Source of the DNA: Amoebidium appalachense
Lineage: Eukaryota; Protista; Ichthyosporea
Direction: 5' to 3'
Assembly: GCA_963693365.1 (NCBI GenBank)
Contig: CAVNZM010000008.1
Coordinates: forward strand, 3,191,572-3,255,571
Length of the DNA stretch: 64,000 bases
This document shows, piece by piece, positions 35,273-54,030 of the stretch. Under the pieces are notes generated by a model that was not told the DNA's origin, searched no databases, and saw only the letters and a program-made list of their open reading frames with translations. Positions within the stretch are counted from its first letter, which is position 1. The number at the start of each line of letters is the position of its first letter. The position numbers and the translations under genes are program-made.

Positions 35273-36800
35273 TCTCCCTCTCTCCCTCTCTCTTTCTCTC
35301 TCTCTCGCGCTCTCTGTCTCTGTCTGTCTCTCTCTCTCCGTCTCTCTCTCTGTCTCTCTCGCTCTCTCTCTTCCCCCTCCCCCCCCCCCCCCCCCCCCCC
35401 CCCGTCCGCTCTCCTCTCTCTGGGGTCGTTGAAATTACATGTTTCTCTCGTGTGCATCGGTTGCTGATACTCACGTGACTTCTAACCAATAATATGCAGG
35501 CGTCACCAGTGACGACAGAAAATCCATCGGCAGTCTGTCGGAGTACATCAAGCAAACCCCCAAAGGTTTCTATCCAACCCCATCCGTCCGCCCCCCGTCC
35601 CCACCACCACCACCACCACCACCACCCACCCACATAACATGCACACACGTGCGCGCACACACACACACACAGAGTATCCCTGCTTGCCTCGAATCAAAGA
35701 GCGGGAGAGAGAGGGGGGAAGGGTTGATGCATTCGCCGGCTTAGGATGTTGTGATGAGAGGCGGCGCCAAAAAAAAGGGGGGGGGGGGGGTGTGTTTGTG
35801 AGAGGGGGGGGGGGGGGGGGGGGGTGTGACACATTTCCAACAGGTTTCAAATTTAAAGCATGGAAGCATTGATCGGAGGAGAAATGCCCACACACATCCA
35901 CACGTACTTGTGTGCACCACAGGTACAGAAAACCTTCCCACTAACACGTTGTATTTTCTATTTTTCCACAGCCGTTCTCAAAGATGGGGAGGCAATTGAG
36001 CCTGGAAAGATGCTGGAGGTGCCGGGGTGTGACTTTAAGGTATGCAAAGGTGTTCTAGAACTCCCAATGGAATGTCGATGGATCACGTGACTAGATAACG
36101 GTTACGAATGCGAAGAAAAATGGGGCAGGAACGTGATTTGGAGTTATGTCGGTGTGGGCGAACTTCCATAAACCAGCTGTGAGTTCGATTTTTTGTAATG
36201 GTCTATCAGTTGTTATGTTTATTATTTGTGTTACACATCATTGGACTGCAGTGGTCTATATTGGAAAAAAGCTTGTGCATATAGGGTTTTCTAACGTGCC
36301 CCCCCCCCCCCCCCTCCCCCCCCCTTCCCTCCCTCTGTCCCTCCCCCCTCCCCCCCCCCCCCCTCTCTCTCTCCCGTCTCCGTCTCCGTCCCCTTACCTC
36401 CCTCACTCCCTCCCTCCTCCCCCCCCCCCCCCCCCCCCCTCCCCCCTCCCTTTCTTTTCTCCCCGCTTCCCATTCCTTCCTACCGTCCTTTATTCTCTTC
36501 TCTTTTCTTTTTTTTGTCCACCGCAGCTTGTTCACCAGAAAGACGGTAACGTAGTCCTATCATGGGGTGAGGGCAATGTAGAGTGGAGCTCCAAGACATC
36601 CGGTGTTGGGGGCCCTGGGGACTACACACTGCGGGTATGGGAACTCTTGTCTGACCTGCCCTGGATGCCCACATACATTTATGCACCTTTATTGTAGTGT
36701 ATTCAGTTCTGCTTTGAGTACCCCCCCCCCCCCCCCCCCCCTCCCCCCCGTCCTCCTCCTCCCTTTCTCCGCATGCGCACGGCGCGTGCACACACACACA

Positions 36801-36846
<46 letters not shown>

Positions 36847-37375
36847 AACACACACACACATGCATGCGCAAAACCCTCCTCTCCCAACCTTCGGTATGCA
36901 GAACCCCTCCCCCCTTCCCCCTACTCTCCCCTCCCTCCCTCCCTCCCCTCCCTCCCCTCCTTTCTCCGTCATTACATATTCATATCAAATCGAGTTATGC
37001 TTTCTCACCACCACTAGAATATGAAAGTCCTTCGTTCTGTGTAACACATCCTTATTGGCCCCACAACACACCCGCACAGTCATCAACATCACCACCACCA
37101 CAGCCCCCAACCTCTTTTACCCTCAACTAATTTTTTTGCCCAATTAGATGGACAAGGGTGTTCTCAGTCTCTACGCTCCAGGCTGGAGAAAGGGATCTCG
37201 CCGTGAGCCAATTTGGAAGACTGAGGGCAGTGATGGTGCCACCATGGCCGTACTGCTCAGAGATGGAAATTTCGTGTTGGTGACGGAAACCGGCGACGTC
37301 AAGTGGGCCACAAACACGATTGCTAAGATCCCGTGCAAGGGGGAGGAGAGCGTAACGCCGCGGGCCAAGGCGTAA
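30920..37375 (+). CDS. Secreted Pro/Gly/Ser-rich protein with C-terminal bulb-type (B-) lectin domain
   Basis: Signal peptide MCLKECLFVLLALSAIVHG. Exons 30920-31033, 32159-32228, 32737-33103 (needs a 1-nt shift in the C-run at ~32955), 33895-34299, ~34670-34827, ~35500-35542, 35971-36039, 36527-36634, 37148-37375. Lectin motifs LVHQKDGNVVL...WSSKT, PIWKT, LLRDGNFVL...WATNT. Confidence 0.75.
32435..32590. repeat. Intronic minisatellite, 3 x ~52 bp
   Basis: Unit ATAGCCAAATAACACTGTAAACACACTCACTC(G/A)CTGACTTACTCACCCACTC at 32435, 32487 and 32539. Confidence 0.9.
35099..35196 (+). mobile_element. Diverged relic of the poly-C-associated family
   Basis: GAGGATGGGCTCTGCTT...GTGTACTTCGTACT...GCATTC shortly after a C-run. 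Confidence 0.65.
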
Positions 37376-37745
37376 ATGCAACTAGGCAGCAATTTTTTTT
37401 ATTTTTTTTTTATTTTTTTTCCCATTCACTGAACTAAGTGTGTTCACTTTATGGTGAGAGAATATTCAGTGATGGCTTTTGCTCTGTCGGCTCCAGTTTT
37501 TTTGCTCTTGAGTTTTGTTGGTATTGGGTAATGCCGGGTGAAAAAAGCCGGCAACTCAATAATCCTTCTCTTGTGTATTTTGTGCTTGATTGATAATGTA
37601 CACGTCGACTCCGTTTTTTCTATGTCCGTTCCTGGACTCCGTTAACCTTTCCACCATTTTTGGTACCCTTCTCCTTTTTTATGACATGATTGCATATAGG
37701 AAATTGATCTGAATGCTCTGCCTTTGGGTTTGTCTGTGTGTGTGT

Positions 37746-37779
<34 letters not shown>

Positions 37780-38212
37780 GCGTGTGTGTGTGTGTGTGTC
37801 ACGGTGAGTGTGTATGTGCAGTTTGTGGTGTCATGCTGCTCGTATGTTGCCACACCTTTTTTTACAAGCCCAGAACCTAAGGTTCTACAATTAGTTATAA
37901 CCTCCTTGCGCTCCAGCATAGTCCTTTTTAAAATATTTATGTACGAGTATCATTGGATGGACATGACCAGGTCCGAATGATTTGCTCAATAAATTTTGTA
38001 ACTGCATGCTGTGCATGCCTGGTTGGTACACCACCACCACCCATACTTTGTTGCATGCTCGGTTTCTACCGTTTGCTGCCGTGGATATGTATATGATTTT
38101 CAGATATTTCTTTTTCCCATGCCCGTTTGTACATATGTGTCCATAAATTTGTGATGGGTGCTGTGCTACATGAAACTGGAGCATGCATGAAACAAACTTT
38201 GACAGTAACAAA

Positions 38213-38244
<32 letters not shown>

Positions 38245-39156
38245 TTCCCAAAAAAAAAAAAAAAAAGGTTGATAGTAAGGTAGATGGCATGGCAAAATTC
38301 ATGTATATCCGGACATGCTGCGATTGAGCGGGGAGGAAAATTGGCCCATGGATGGGCCGCCACCTACTGTGTACACAGGAGAAAGACCGGGCAGAATTGT
38401 TCTCGATAGTCTACTACGGTAACCGCCACAGGGGGAGGGGGGAGGAGAGGGGATAGGAGGTTTTGGGAGGGGAGGGGGGAGGGGAAGAGGGGGCGGGGGG
38501 AGGGTGGGACGGGATTAGGAGGGTCACTGAGGGCAAACGAAAGGCGATCTTTACCACATCGGGACAAAATTCAGAAAATTTGATCCTGTTTTCGGATTTG
38601 AGCAGAATTGAATGAACCAACTTATGCACTAGCAGAAATAAGTATACGACACTTTTGGTTCACAATTTGAACCCTGCCCCTACCTGTGCTCATGGGTGAG
38701 GGCCGGAGCCCCGCAGTGCGCACGCACTTCTAGATCTGCAGAAGTGCATAGTTTTGGGCTGCTGTTGCGTATGTAATGTTTTTTATTTTATTTTATAATG
38801 ACTTTATTGATATGCTCAGCAAAATAGAAGCCATCGAGATATCACCGATATCTCGGGGAAGGAAATACAAAAGCCCTCACTCGGATACGGAGGAGATAAC
38901 GATTTAAATAATCATACACCCTAGAAAACTCATTAAACATACCGATAGTCAATAGAGGTAATAGCAGGATTATCTAAATAAGCCAGTTTTCTAATTTCTA
39001 ACGGAATAATCTGAAATAAATAAATACATCCATCTAAGTGTTTACGAGAAAAAGGTTCTGCACAACTGTGGCACAAACATTTATGGAAACAAAGGTTACA
39101 GCGCCAAAATAAACATTTCCAAGCTATGTCACAAGGAAGACGGATATTTTGCACTA

Positions 39157-40619
39157 GCCATTCAACCCCGGTTCCGCAAGTATTTCCAAATTCGTGTGGG
39201 GGGACACTCTTCCAGTACACGGTGCTTCCCTTCGGTTACTCCCTCAGTCCCTACTTTTTCATGCGCCTTATGCGCGAGTTCGCGCGTCGGTTACGTGCAC
39301 GCGGCATCCGTTCGTTGGTTTTCCTCGATGACTGGGCCATCTTCAAACAGGCGGCACGGGCACTCGACACACGCGGGGTGGTGGAGCAGGAATTGAAAGT
39401 CACCGGCCTTACGAAGCATCCGAATAAGGCTCATTGGGACCCAGTGAGTGCCTTCGACCATATAGGCATCCACATAAATTTGGAGGAAGGGTATTTGTCT
39501 CCCACATTGGCGTCTTTGGAAAAATTATCGGGGGAAACACGTTCTTTAATGGCTAAGGCGCGCAAAGGACGGCGGTGGGTGGAAAAGAAGCAGGTGGCTA
39601 GATGGCTAGGGTTGGTTGTTAGTTTGCGTGCGGTGGTGCCTCATGTACTCACGGTTGTCTGGCCGGTGTATGGTGCTCTACGCGGCGGGAACTGGCGTAG
39701 CTTTGTGCGGTTAACGGGTCGGCAGCTATGCATTATCGGTAAAACCATGGGTATAATAGGTCGGCTTCCCCACACGGAAATCTGGCCTGAGCCTATCACG
39801 GCCACTCTCATCACAGATGCTGCCACCTCACACGCGTGGGGGGCAGTACTACAGTTGGGCCTACCAACCCCGCAGGTTGTGGAGGCTTTCGGTCGTTGGG
39901 CGGAGAGCGATGCACCGCGGGCGGCTGCAGTGGCGGAGTGCGAGGGCCTACTCGAGGCCTACCGCAGGCCCGCAATGCAGGCCCTAATCCAACGTCAGCA
40001 CGTACGCTGGCAGTCAGACGCCCAGGCCGCGTTGGGCGCGGTGCGCAAAAAGGGCAGCAGTAGCCCCGCCATGCAGCAAGTGCTATGGCACTTGGCAACT
40101 GCTGCAGTTGTGTTTGGAAAAGGGGCTCCCCTGGCCCCAAGAGCTGTCATACATTCCGGGCGAAGTGAACGACCGTGCGGATTGGTTGTCGCGGATTGAT
40201 CCCCGCCACGAGTGGTCGGTTACCCCTGTGGGGGTCGAGCGTATCGAGCAGACACTCGGATTGCACACGGCGGTGGATCGGTTTGCTACACCCGTGACAG
40301 CCCCACGTTTCACACATGGACCGCGGTGGTCCCCGTGAGCGGTGGGCAGGATGGGCTTGCCGCCGCATGGCAGGCCCCCAGCTGGTGGGCGCCACCGTTT
40401 CCGTTGATCAAGCGGACAGTGGCGAAGATTCAGCGGGAATGTGCTCAGGGAATATTAGTGGTCCCGGTGTGGGACACCGCCTTATGGTGGCCGGTGGTGC
40501 AAGGGATGGCGCAGGCCCACACGGACCTAGCCCCCGAAGAAGTGGTGTTTCCGGTCGGTGTCCGGTCTTGGCGAATGCGTGCCTTCCTATTGGACGGCAG
40601 CACCCGCCCCCCTTCATGA
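39157..40619 (+). pseudogene. Decayed DIRS1-type retrotransposon fragment: RT + RNase H + N6-adenine methyltransferase-like domain
   Basis: RT: RKYF, FQYTVLPFGYSLSPYFF, VFLDDW. RH: ITDAA...WGA, SDAQ, YIPGEVNDRADWLSR. MT-like: VDRFA, WWAPPFPLI, ILVVPVW...WWP. At least three frameshifts (~39195, ~40100, ~40310); no gag, YR or termini seen. Confidence 0.85.
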
Positions 40620-40998
40620 TTGGATGAAAATCACTCGCCGCGCCGCTCCTGCCATCCAGCTTTGTGTATTATTTCTGTAAAATAAGAATGTGGTCGCAGA
40701 TAGCAACAACATATCTAAATACTTCGCTTGATTCATCAAGCTCTATTTAGAGATGTATTTAGGCCAACTGATTGGTTGGAATAGTGTTCCAACAATCAGT
40801 GGCCACTAGGGAGCCGACTATGGTATATAGGCGGCGACTCGTTCTACTCGTCTTAGCTTTGTTTCCCCGTCGGCCCCTACTTAGCCCCACCCACCCGCCC
40901 GAGCTGTGTTGCATTTCCCCGTCTTTAGCTAGTCTCTTGCTGATTGGCTACGGCACACACACACACACAGACACACACCCACACATGCACACATACAT

Positions 40999-41130
<132 letters not shown>

Positions 41131-41933
41131 GCACACACATGTGTACACAAACACACGCCCACGCAGTGAGGGTAGTGGAGGGGGAGGATAGGGTAGAGGG
41201 GTTTCCTTCGTACGGTGTGTTTATTTGGATTTTGTCCGTAGAGAGAGGGGCAGTGCATGCCATGGTATGTGTACGTTTCTGATGATCGTGCCCGAGGGGC
41301 ACTCGGCTGAGCCGAGCCAATAAGCAAATCGAAAGCAACAACATATCTAAATATGGATTGGCGGTGTAATCGGTTTCTGGTCGTATGTGTAATATGTGTG
41401 GGGGGCGGTTTACTCGCGGCTGCATCATCTATTATCTATATATAATGCGTTGTTTGCCGGACCTCAAATCCGGAATTTGGAGGGGACCTAAGGCCATTTT
41501 GTGAGGCATCAAAAACCATCGAAACGTTGCTTAGTTGTTTTTATGACATCAAAATCGCTAAATATTCTTGAGAAAATAATGAAAAAGCCTAAAATAACTA
41601 TATATTTGATAATGAGAAAATTGAAATATAGTGCCCTAAAGTTGGGCCCGCGAGGATGTACGTACTCGGGGCTTTGAAATAAAAAGAAAAAAACCAGCGG
41701 TTTCGGAGTCTACTGTGAACACGCTGGGCTGAATGACGGCAGACTCTAGGTGATTCCCGTATCAAAACGGTTTTTGTTTCTAACCCAGAATGGAACGCAC
41801 TTTTTTAAGAGAAATTATTGGTACAACGACATTTGAAAATTTTAATGTAGAATAGAACTACCAATCCAATCACAAAAACCTCAAAGGTCTGCTAACACCG
41901 GTTTAGGGGGACACGGGGATGAGGACGGTAAAT

Positions 41934-41997
<64 letters not shown>

Positions 41998-42005
41998 GGC
42001 CTGTG

Positions 42006-42056
<51 letters not shown>

Positions 42057-43094
42057 TATGCATGTACATTTTAATGTTTTAATAGCAGACAGTTGTTGAA
42101 AAAAAAATAGAGTAAAAACACAACTAAATCAACTCAGTAACGTGAATATGACATTTGGGGCGAGTGTACTAGAAGGGTTTGTGGCTGATAATGATTATTC
42201 TTTTACACTAGAGCTAGGGTGATTCATGCTGGGCGGTGGTCATTGGAAAATTTTTTTTATTTGTTTTTTTTCCACATGTACACACAAAGTAATAATCGAA
42301 TAGAATACAAAAACGACTAAGAAGAAAAAACGCATACAACCTTCACTTGGCCCACACACACACATTCACACACACACAAACATGCGCGCACACACACACA
42401 CACATAGACGTTGAACACAATGAAAGGAGATATATCTAGAAAACACGGGTGCCATGATTGCAGTCACTGAGTATGAAAAGCATAAAAAAAAAAATCTGGG
42501 GGGGGGGGGGGGCAGGGAATGGGAAGAGGGCCGGGGGGGGGGGGGGGGGATGCTTTGAAGTAAACTGAGAATAGTATAATTGCAGTACTGACTTGTGAGC
42601 ATGGTATATTGACAGACACCGTAGAATGATGATTTTATGTTCGGGAACATTTCGGGGGGGTGCCAATTCCAGACTTCACTGAAATATGTTGCCCACCTGG
42701 CACTCAGTGCACGTGGAAAGTTTTATTGCCTGCCCATGCATATCATAAAGGGGGTTACCATACAGTTCTGTAAAATAAGTAAAACAACAAGATAATAATA
42801 ATATTATAAAAATTTTGCAAGCAATTTAGAACATATTGCACTTGGTGGTTTTCAGCTACATGTTTTTGGAGGACCACAAGTAAACTTGGTACTTCGGCAA
42901 TGGCAATCTCTCCCTAGCTAGACTGATAACACAGTGCTATTAAAATTCCATGCAATTAATTCCCACAACTAAACAGAACATCATTGTTTTGGTTTGTTTG
43001 CTCTATCCCCAATAGTATTAGATAACGTCAAATAAATCAAAAAATATTATTACAAACAATACATAGTGGGCTATGGGCACTGCAGCACTGGAAG

Positions 43095-44246
43095 TTACTC
43101 CTCAACGTTGAACATGGCTGCACCATCGAGCAAGCCGTAATCTTCCTCGATGTTATCGTCACCGTCTTCTCCCTCCGAATTGGAATCCTCGGGCTCGTCA
43201 ACATCGGAGTTACCCGTGCCCATCATGTTGTCGTTGTCCTTGGTTTTCTTGATGGCTGCAATATCCCTCAGAGGGACGTCGTCGGAGGAGGAGGACAGGA
43301 AAAGCTTTGCCCCCATCTTACGTTTCTTGGTAGGGGTGGCAACGGGCTCGTCCTCGTTCATGTCTTCCTTCTCCCCGTTTTAGCAGCCAATCCACGAAGG
43401 GCAGAGTTGCTCGCCCCAGACAGCTGCAGGTTGCCCAGTTTGAAGTCGGATCCAGTGTGGCAGCAGTAGTGGCAGCCGGTCCGCGCACGAGCACACATGT
43501 CCCACCCACAGTGGTGTCGAGAACGAAAATGTTCTTGCCCTGGATGTAGGTAAGCTCACCGGACGCCTGGACGATGCCTCCCTCCACTACGTGGTCAAGG
43601 GTGCCGTCTTTGTTACGGAGCATCTTAGCAACGGCACGCACCATGCACACGGGTTGACCAATGTAACGATCCTCCATATTCCCGACCCCATAGATGCGCC
43701 CCGTGCACTCCATATCCACACTTGCCAGCGCTGCTTCGGCGTCTGTCAGGTTGATCTTGGGTTTGTAGACCTTCTCAATCCCGAGCACAACGGCGCCATA
43801 CATACGCACTCCACATGTACATGTGGGGTGCAACCATATATATGCATGGTCTTGAATGCGGCCTTATGAGCTGCCGAAACAACTTGGGTGACGATCCCAG
43901 CACCCTTGATCACATGGGTGGCTCCAGGGCGGTTACGGTCGACATATTTTTGCACATTGGCAGACAAACGGCCCTGCACATGGACGACGCTACCAGCACT
44001 GTTTTTGGCTATCTCCAAGTACTTGGGGTCCTTCTCGTTGTTGATCAACACCGGTACCATGACGACGATCTGCATGTTGGGTTCGGCGTTGTTCGTGGCA
44101 TTCAGGCACATGGTGGTGTTCCTGCCCTTGACCATAGCAGCGGTGTGCCTCTCACCGGGCTTAAGGTTGGTGGGAAGCATCACAACCGAGAGGACATCCA
44201 TAAGGAAGGATGCATGCATCATGTGTGGGTGCAGATTCATTTTCAT
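43095..44246 (-). pseudogene. Intronless, frameshifted gene; putative tandem OB-fold/SSB-like protein with NLS and acidic tail
   Basis: Overlapping ORFs 44246-43746, 43833-43318 and 43361-43095 read as one broken gene. OB-like strands GSVVHVQGRL and GGIVQASGEL; PTKKRK; acidic end EDSNSEGEDGDDNIEEDY...FNVEE. TATA-like CTATTAAAA upstream on the - strand (~44330). Confidence 0.5.
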
Positions 44247-46738
44247 GACGTGTCAACTCAGCTGTCCGAGCTGTGAACGGGGTGTTGAAATGTGGATGTG
44301 GTGACAGCAGGAAGACGAAGGTCCCCTTTTAATAGGAAATGGACCTAAATTCCACCTCTTTTATGTCCTTCTTTTTTTTAAGATAATCATTTCTAGAAGT
44401 TTATTAACCGAAGTTATTCGTTAGCGCGTTTTCATGTATGTTGTATGGCTATCGTTACGGCGAATATTACAGCCCTGGCGGAATCCCTCTGCACCGTACC
44501 AATTCGCGCAAAATCATGTATGCAGAACTCCGCCAAGCGCATAGATTTAGGGGGATTTTGGGCTTTAGGCTCGATACGCCACGCACAGCGCCGCAGTTCG
44601 TTCGTGATGCGTAATGGTTACCTGGAAGTCATAGTTTGCTACCACACTTTTATTTTGGGGCCGGCGTTTCTAACCCGGAGTTATGTTATGCCCGTCAGAT
44701 TCACCAACATGAACTGTTAGTGCCACGGATAGCACTTTACAGTTACAACCCCAAGTTACGTGTAGCAGCAAGATGCTTTTATTTCTACCCGTACGCAAAA
44801 AAAAAGGCCAGGGGGGGGAGGGGGGGAAAGCGTGAGGCGGGGGGGCCAGGGAGGGGGTGGGGCCGGGGGGGGGGAAGGGGGAGGGAGGTAACAACCACAC
44901 AACCCAACATCAATAACTGTCTCGTTATGTTTTGGCGCCGGCGACAGCCGGCGCACAGACCTACTTGTATCTATCAATAAGTGCAACCTGTTAGCTAACG
45001 CTGTATTAGAACCGGAGGTTATTGGCGGTTTTATTCTCTTTTCTTCCTCTGTTCCCCAATATATCAGTTTTAAGATGACTATCCTAGATCACCTTATTAA
45101 TGCTGCACAGTATGATATTGTGATCCGGTGCCTTAACTTTCTTTCGGAGCTACCGATGCTAGCCTCTGCTTACCCATAATATGTAATAGGGGTGTCATAT
45201 ACTAAATGTGGCTGGGCCTCCGGCAGTGTCCACGCAATAAAAAGTGTGTAAACCCCTCATATACTACGATGGCGCTCATTGTTGCCTAGCATGTACATAT
45301 GTCACTGGCTGCATTTGATTGGCTGCGCTGGAAAACGCAGTATGTAGGCCGTCGAATGTGGCTGGGCCTCCGGCACACACTAAGTCCATACGCCGGAAGT
45401 CCCCGCGCACCTGATTGGACAAAACACGATCCGATGACGTAAAATCAGGGGAGAACGATTCGATCCACAAGGGACATAAAGGGGCCGTCACTTTAGCGGG
45501 GGTTGGGGGGGCGGCAGCCCCCCCATTTAGGGCCCAGACACACATAGGGTTATGGTTATTGGGTTTATGTTTTTTATTTTGTAAATTATTATCAATTATT
45601 GTATTTTTTCAGCCGGTTATCATCCGATCTCCCTATACCTAGGGCTTCCCTCGACGGACGGCAGTGTCCACGCAATAAAAAGTGTGTAAACCTTGCCAAC
45701 GGTTTCTTTTGACTGGATTTATTCGACGGAAAGATATGCAAGTATGCACGGCATACTGAGAAGACACCCTGACAATAAAAACCCCCCTGGTTAAAAAATA
45801 GAATGTCACACGGTGATTTTGCGAGATAACACAGGGGAGTAACGCCTATGTCAGGTGGCTTTTTTTTATAGCTGTGTGCATGCATATACGTGCATCACAC
45901 ACCCAAAGCTTACGGACGTGCATCGTTCAGAAATCATTCCAGGCAACAACATGTCACCGCAATACTTTTGATTTGCAACTGGTGGTGACTCGGAGAAACG
46001 CAACATCGTTAGTGGTATTCGTGAACAAGCTTGTTCTCTTTCCGTCGTTGAGCAGGTGGTCAGCATACAAACCCGTTTCCTCCTAGATACTCACAGAAAG
46101 CAGACACAGAGACCCATGTTCTTGTAGGCCACACGCAGACACACACACACATGCAGTCATAGTTGTTGAGTTTACCCTTCACTTGTCACATCTTTACCCG
46201 GTTGTGTCAACCGACGGCCACTGTTTTGTTCTTGCAGGCAGCCTGACTGAGAATTTGGCAGTGGGGTGAAAAGTCAGCTCAGTTCGGCAGGTTAATGCCC
46301 GGGGGTAATAGGTTATAGTCCGTGCACGACAACGGTGATAACGGATGAGGAAAAAATTGTTGATGGTTTATCACCGGGAGTGGCCTTAAGAGCCCATTGG
46401 GCCCAAGTTGCGCAGACCAGTGTTTCCACGCCAAACCTCAACACAAAAGGCTTTGGTTATACGTTCAGTGGACACACAAGACACACAACCTATGGACTGA
46501 GTCGCGGAAAGCAGTTCATCATTATTTCTCCTTTTTTGTTTTTTTTTTCGCCCCACCCACGTGGCAAGCATACTTGGGCACGGTCATGTGATGTGCCGGC
46601 GCTTTCAATTTAACCCCCCTTATATATTATATTATGGACTTTCCCTCCTTACCCTTTAAAAAAAACCACGGGAGGGAGTTTTGATCAGGTATTCCGATCC
46701 GTTTTTCACGGGATTCCGCTGTAAAGTTCTGAGCCACC

Positions 46739-52638
<5,900 letters not shown>

Positions 52639-52689
52639 GTGATGTGGGCGGCAACGGGAGGGGGAGAGAGAAAGGGAGGGAGTGTGTGT

Positions 52690-52738
<49 letters not shown>

Positions 52739-53982
52739 GGAGTGCTTCGTTATGAATACTCATGAGAAGGATGCTTTAAATAAATAAATAGAAAAATAAC
52801 TCTCCATTAGCTATTATCTTACTAATTTAGATTTAGTAATAGTTACTCTAAAGATTAGAGTGCCAGTACTATAGCTAGAACATTAGTACTGTTTTCCCTT
52901 CTTTACCAATCATGCTAAGAAGGATGCTTAGAAATTATGTTTTCTCCTACTATCTTATACTAGTAGGTACGGTGTTGGGGAGTATGTGTGTGCATGTGTG
53001 TTTTTTGTACCCGCGTTTCATGGTGCGGTGTGTGTGCAAGTCTGTGTGTGCATGCATGTGTGTGTGTGTGTGCTTGTTCGTGGGGGCCCGGTGCCACATT
53101 GTTTGTGCATGTGTTTATGTTTGGTAGGGAAAAATGGTTTGCTCTCAGGTATAGTTTCTTTTTTTTTCTTTTTTTCCCCTTTCTTTCTTTGCACCATCAT
53201 GTTGATGGCTCTTTTTTTTAAAAAAAATACTTCTCCATTTTGCCTGATAAGATCAAAATTGTGATGCGAACGACACGATGCTTTAGCGATGCTGATAGTG
53301 GCTTTGTAAGTCAATAAATGTGTTGTTGTGATAGGGTTTTTCTTTTGTATATGACAATTCTGTAGTCGTAATAGGATAAGTCTGTTGTTGTAATAAGATA
53401 ATTATGTAGTTGCTACTAATCGTAATAGGGTAATTCTGTTGTGCTGATAAGGTACATATGGTTGAGTAATATGTTGATAACAAACAAATGATTTTATTCG
53501 CCGGCTACTGAAACCTGCAAGGTGGTAGCCGTGCCTATACTAATTATGGGGATGATGTTATCATAAATGTTGCGTGTGTGAGTATAGTCGTGGTCACGGC
53601 CATATGGAAATAAACGGTCTGGCTTGCAGCAACTGGCCCAGCAACAATACTATACTGTCTTATCGGATTTATCCTTCCCTCCCCCCCCCCCCCCCCTCCC
53701 CCTCCCTTCCTCCCTCCCTCCCTCCCTCCCACCCAAATTTGATGATCACCCCCTTTTTCAATACACTAGAAGGGGAGGGAGGGATTGAGGAAGGGAGTGA
53801 GAAGCCGGAGGGTTAGAGATGGAGGGAGCGGAAGGGAGCCTCAAAGAGCATAAGGGGTGAATGGCACTGGTGGGGGCCCCGGTAGCACAGCCTTTTTTTT
53901 TTTTCTTTTTTTCTTTTTTTTTTTTTCTTTCCAGTGATTGTTGTTGTTGAGTGTTGTTCGGTTGTTGTTTTTTTTTTTTTTT

Positions 53983-54030
<48 letters not shown>

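Noticed and set aside
38933-39220. Cys-rich - strand ORF next to the DIRS fragment
   Set aside because: AT-rich, partly antisense to RT, no clear finger spacing or splice support.
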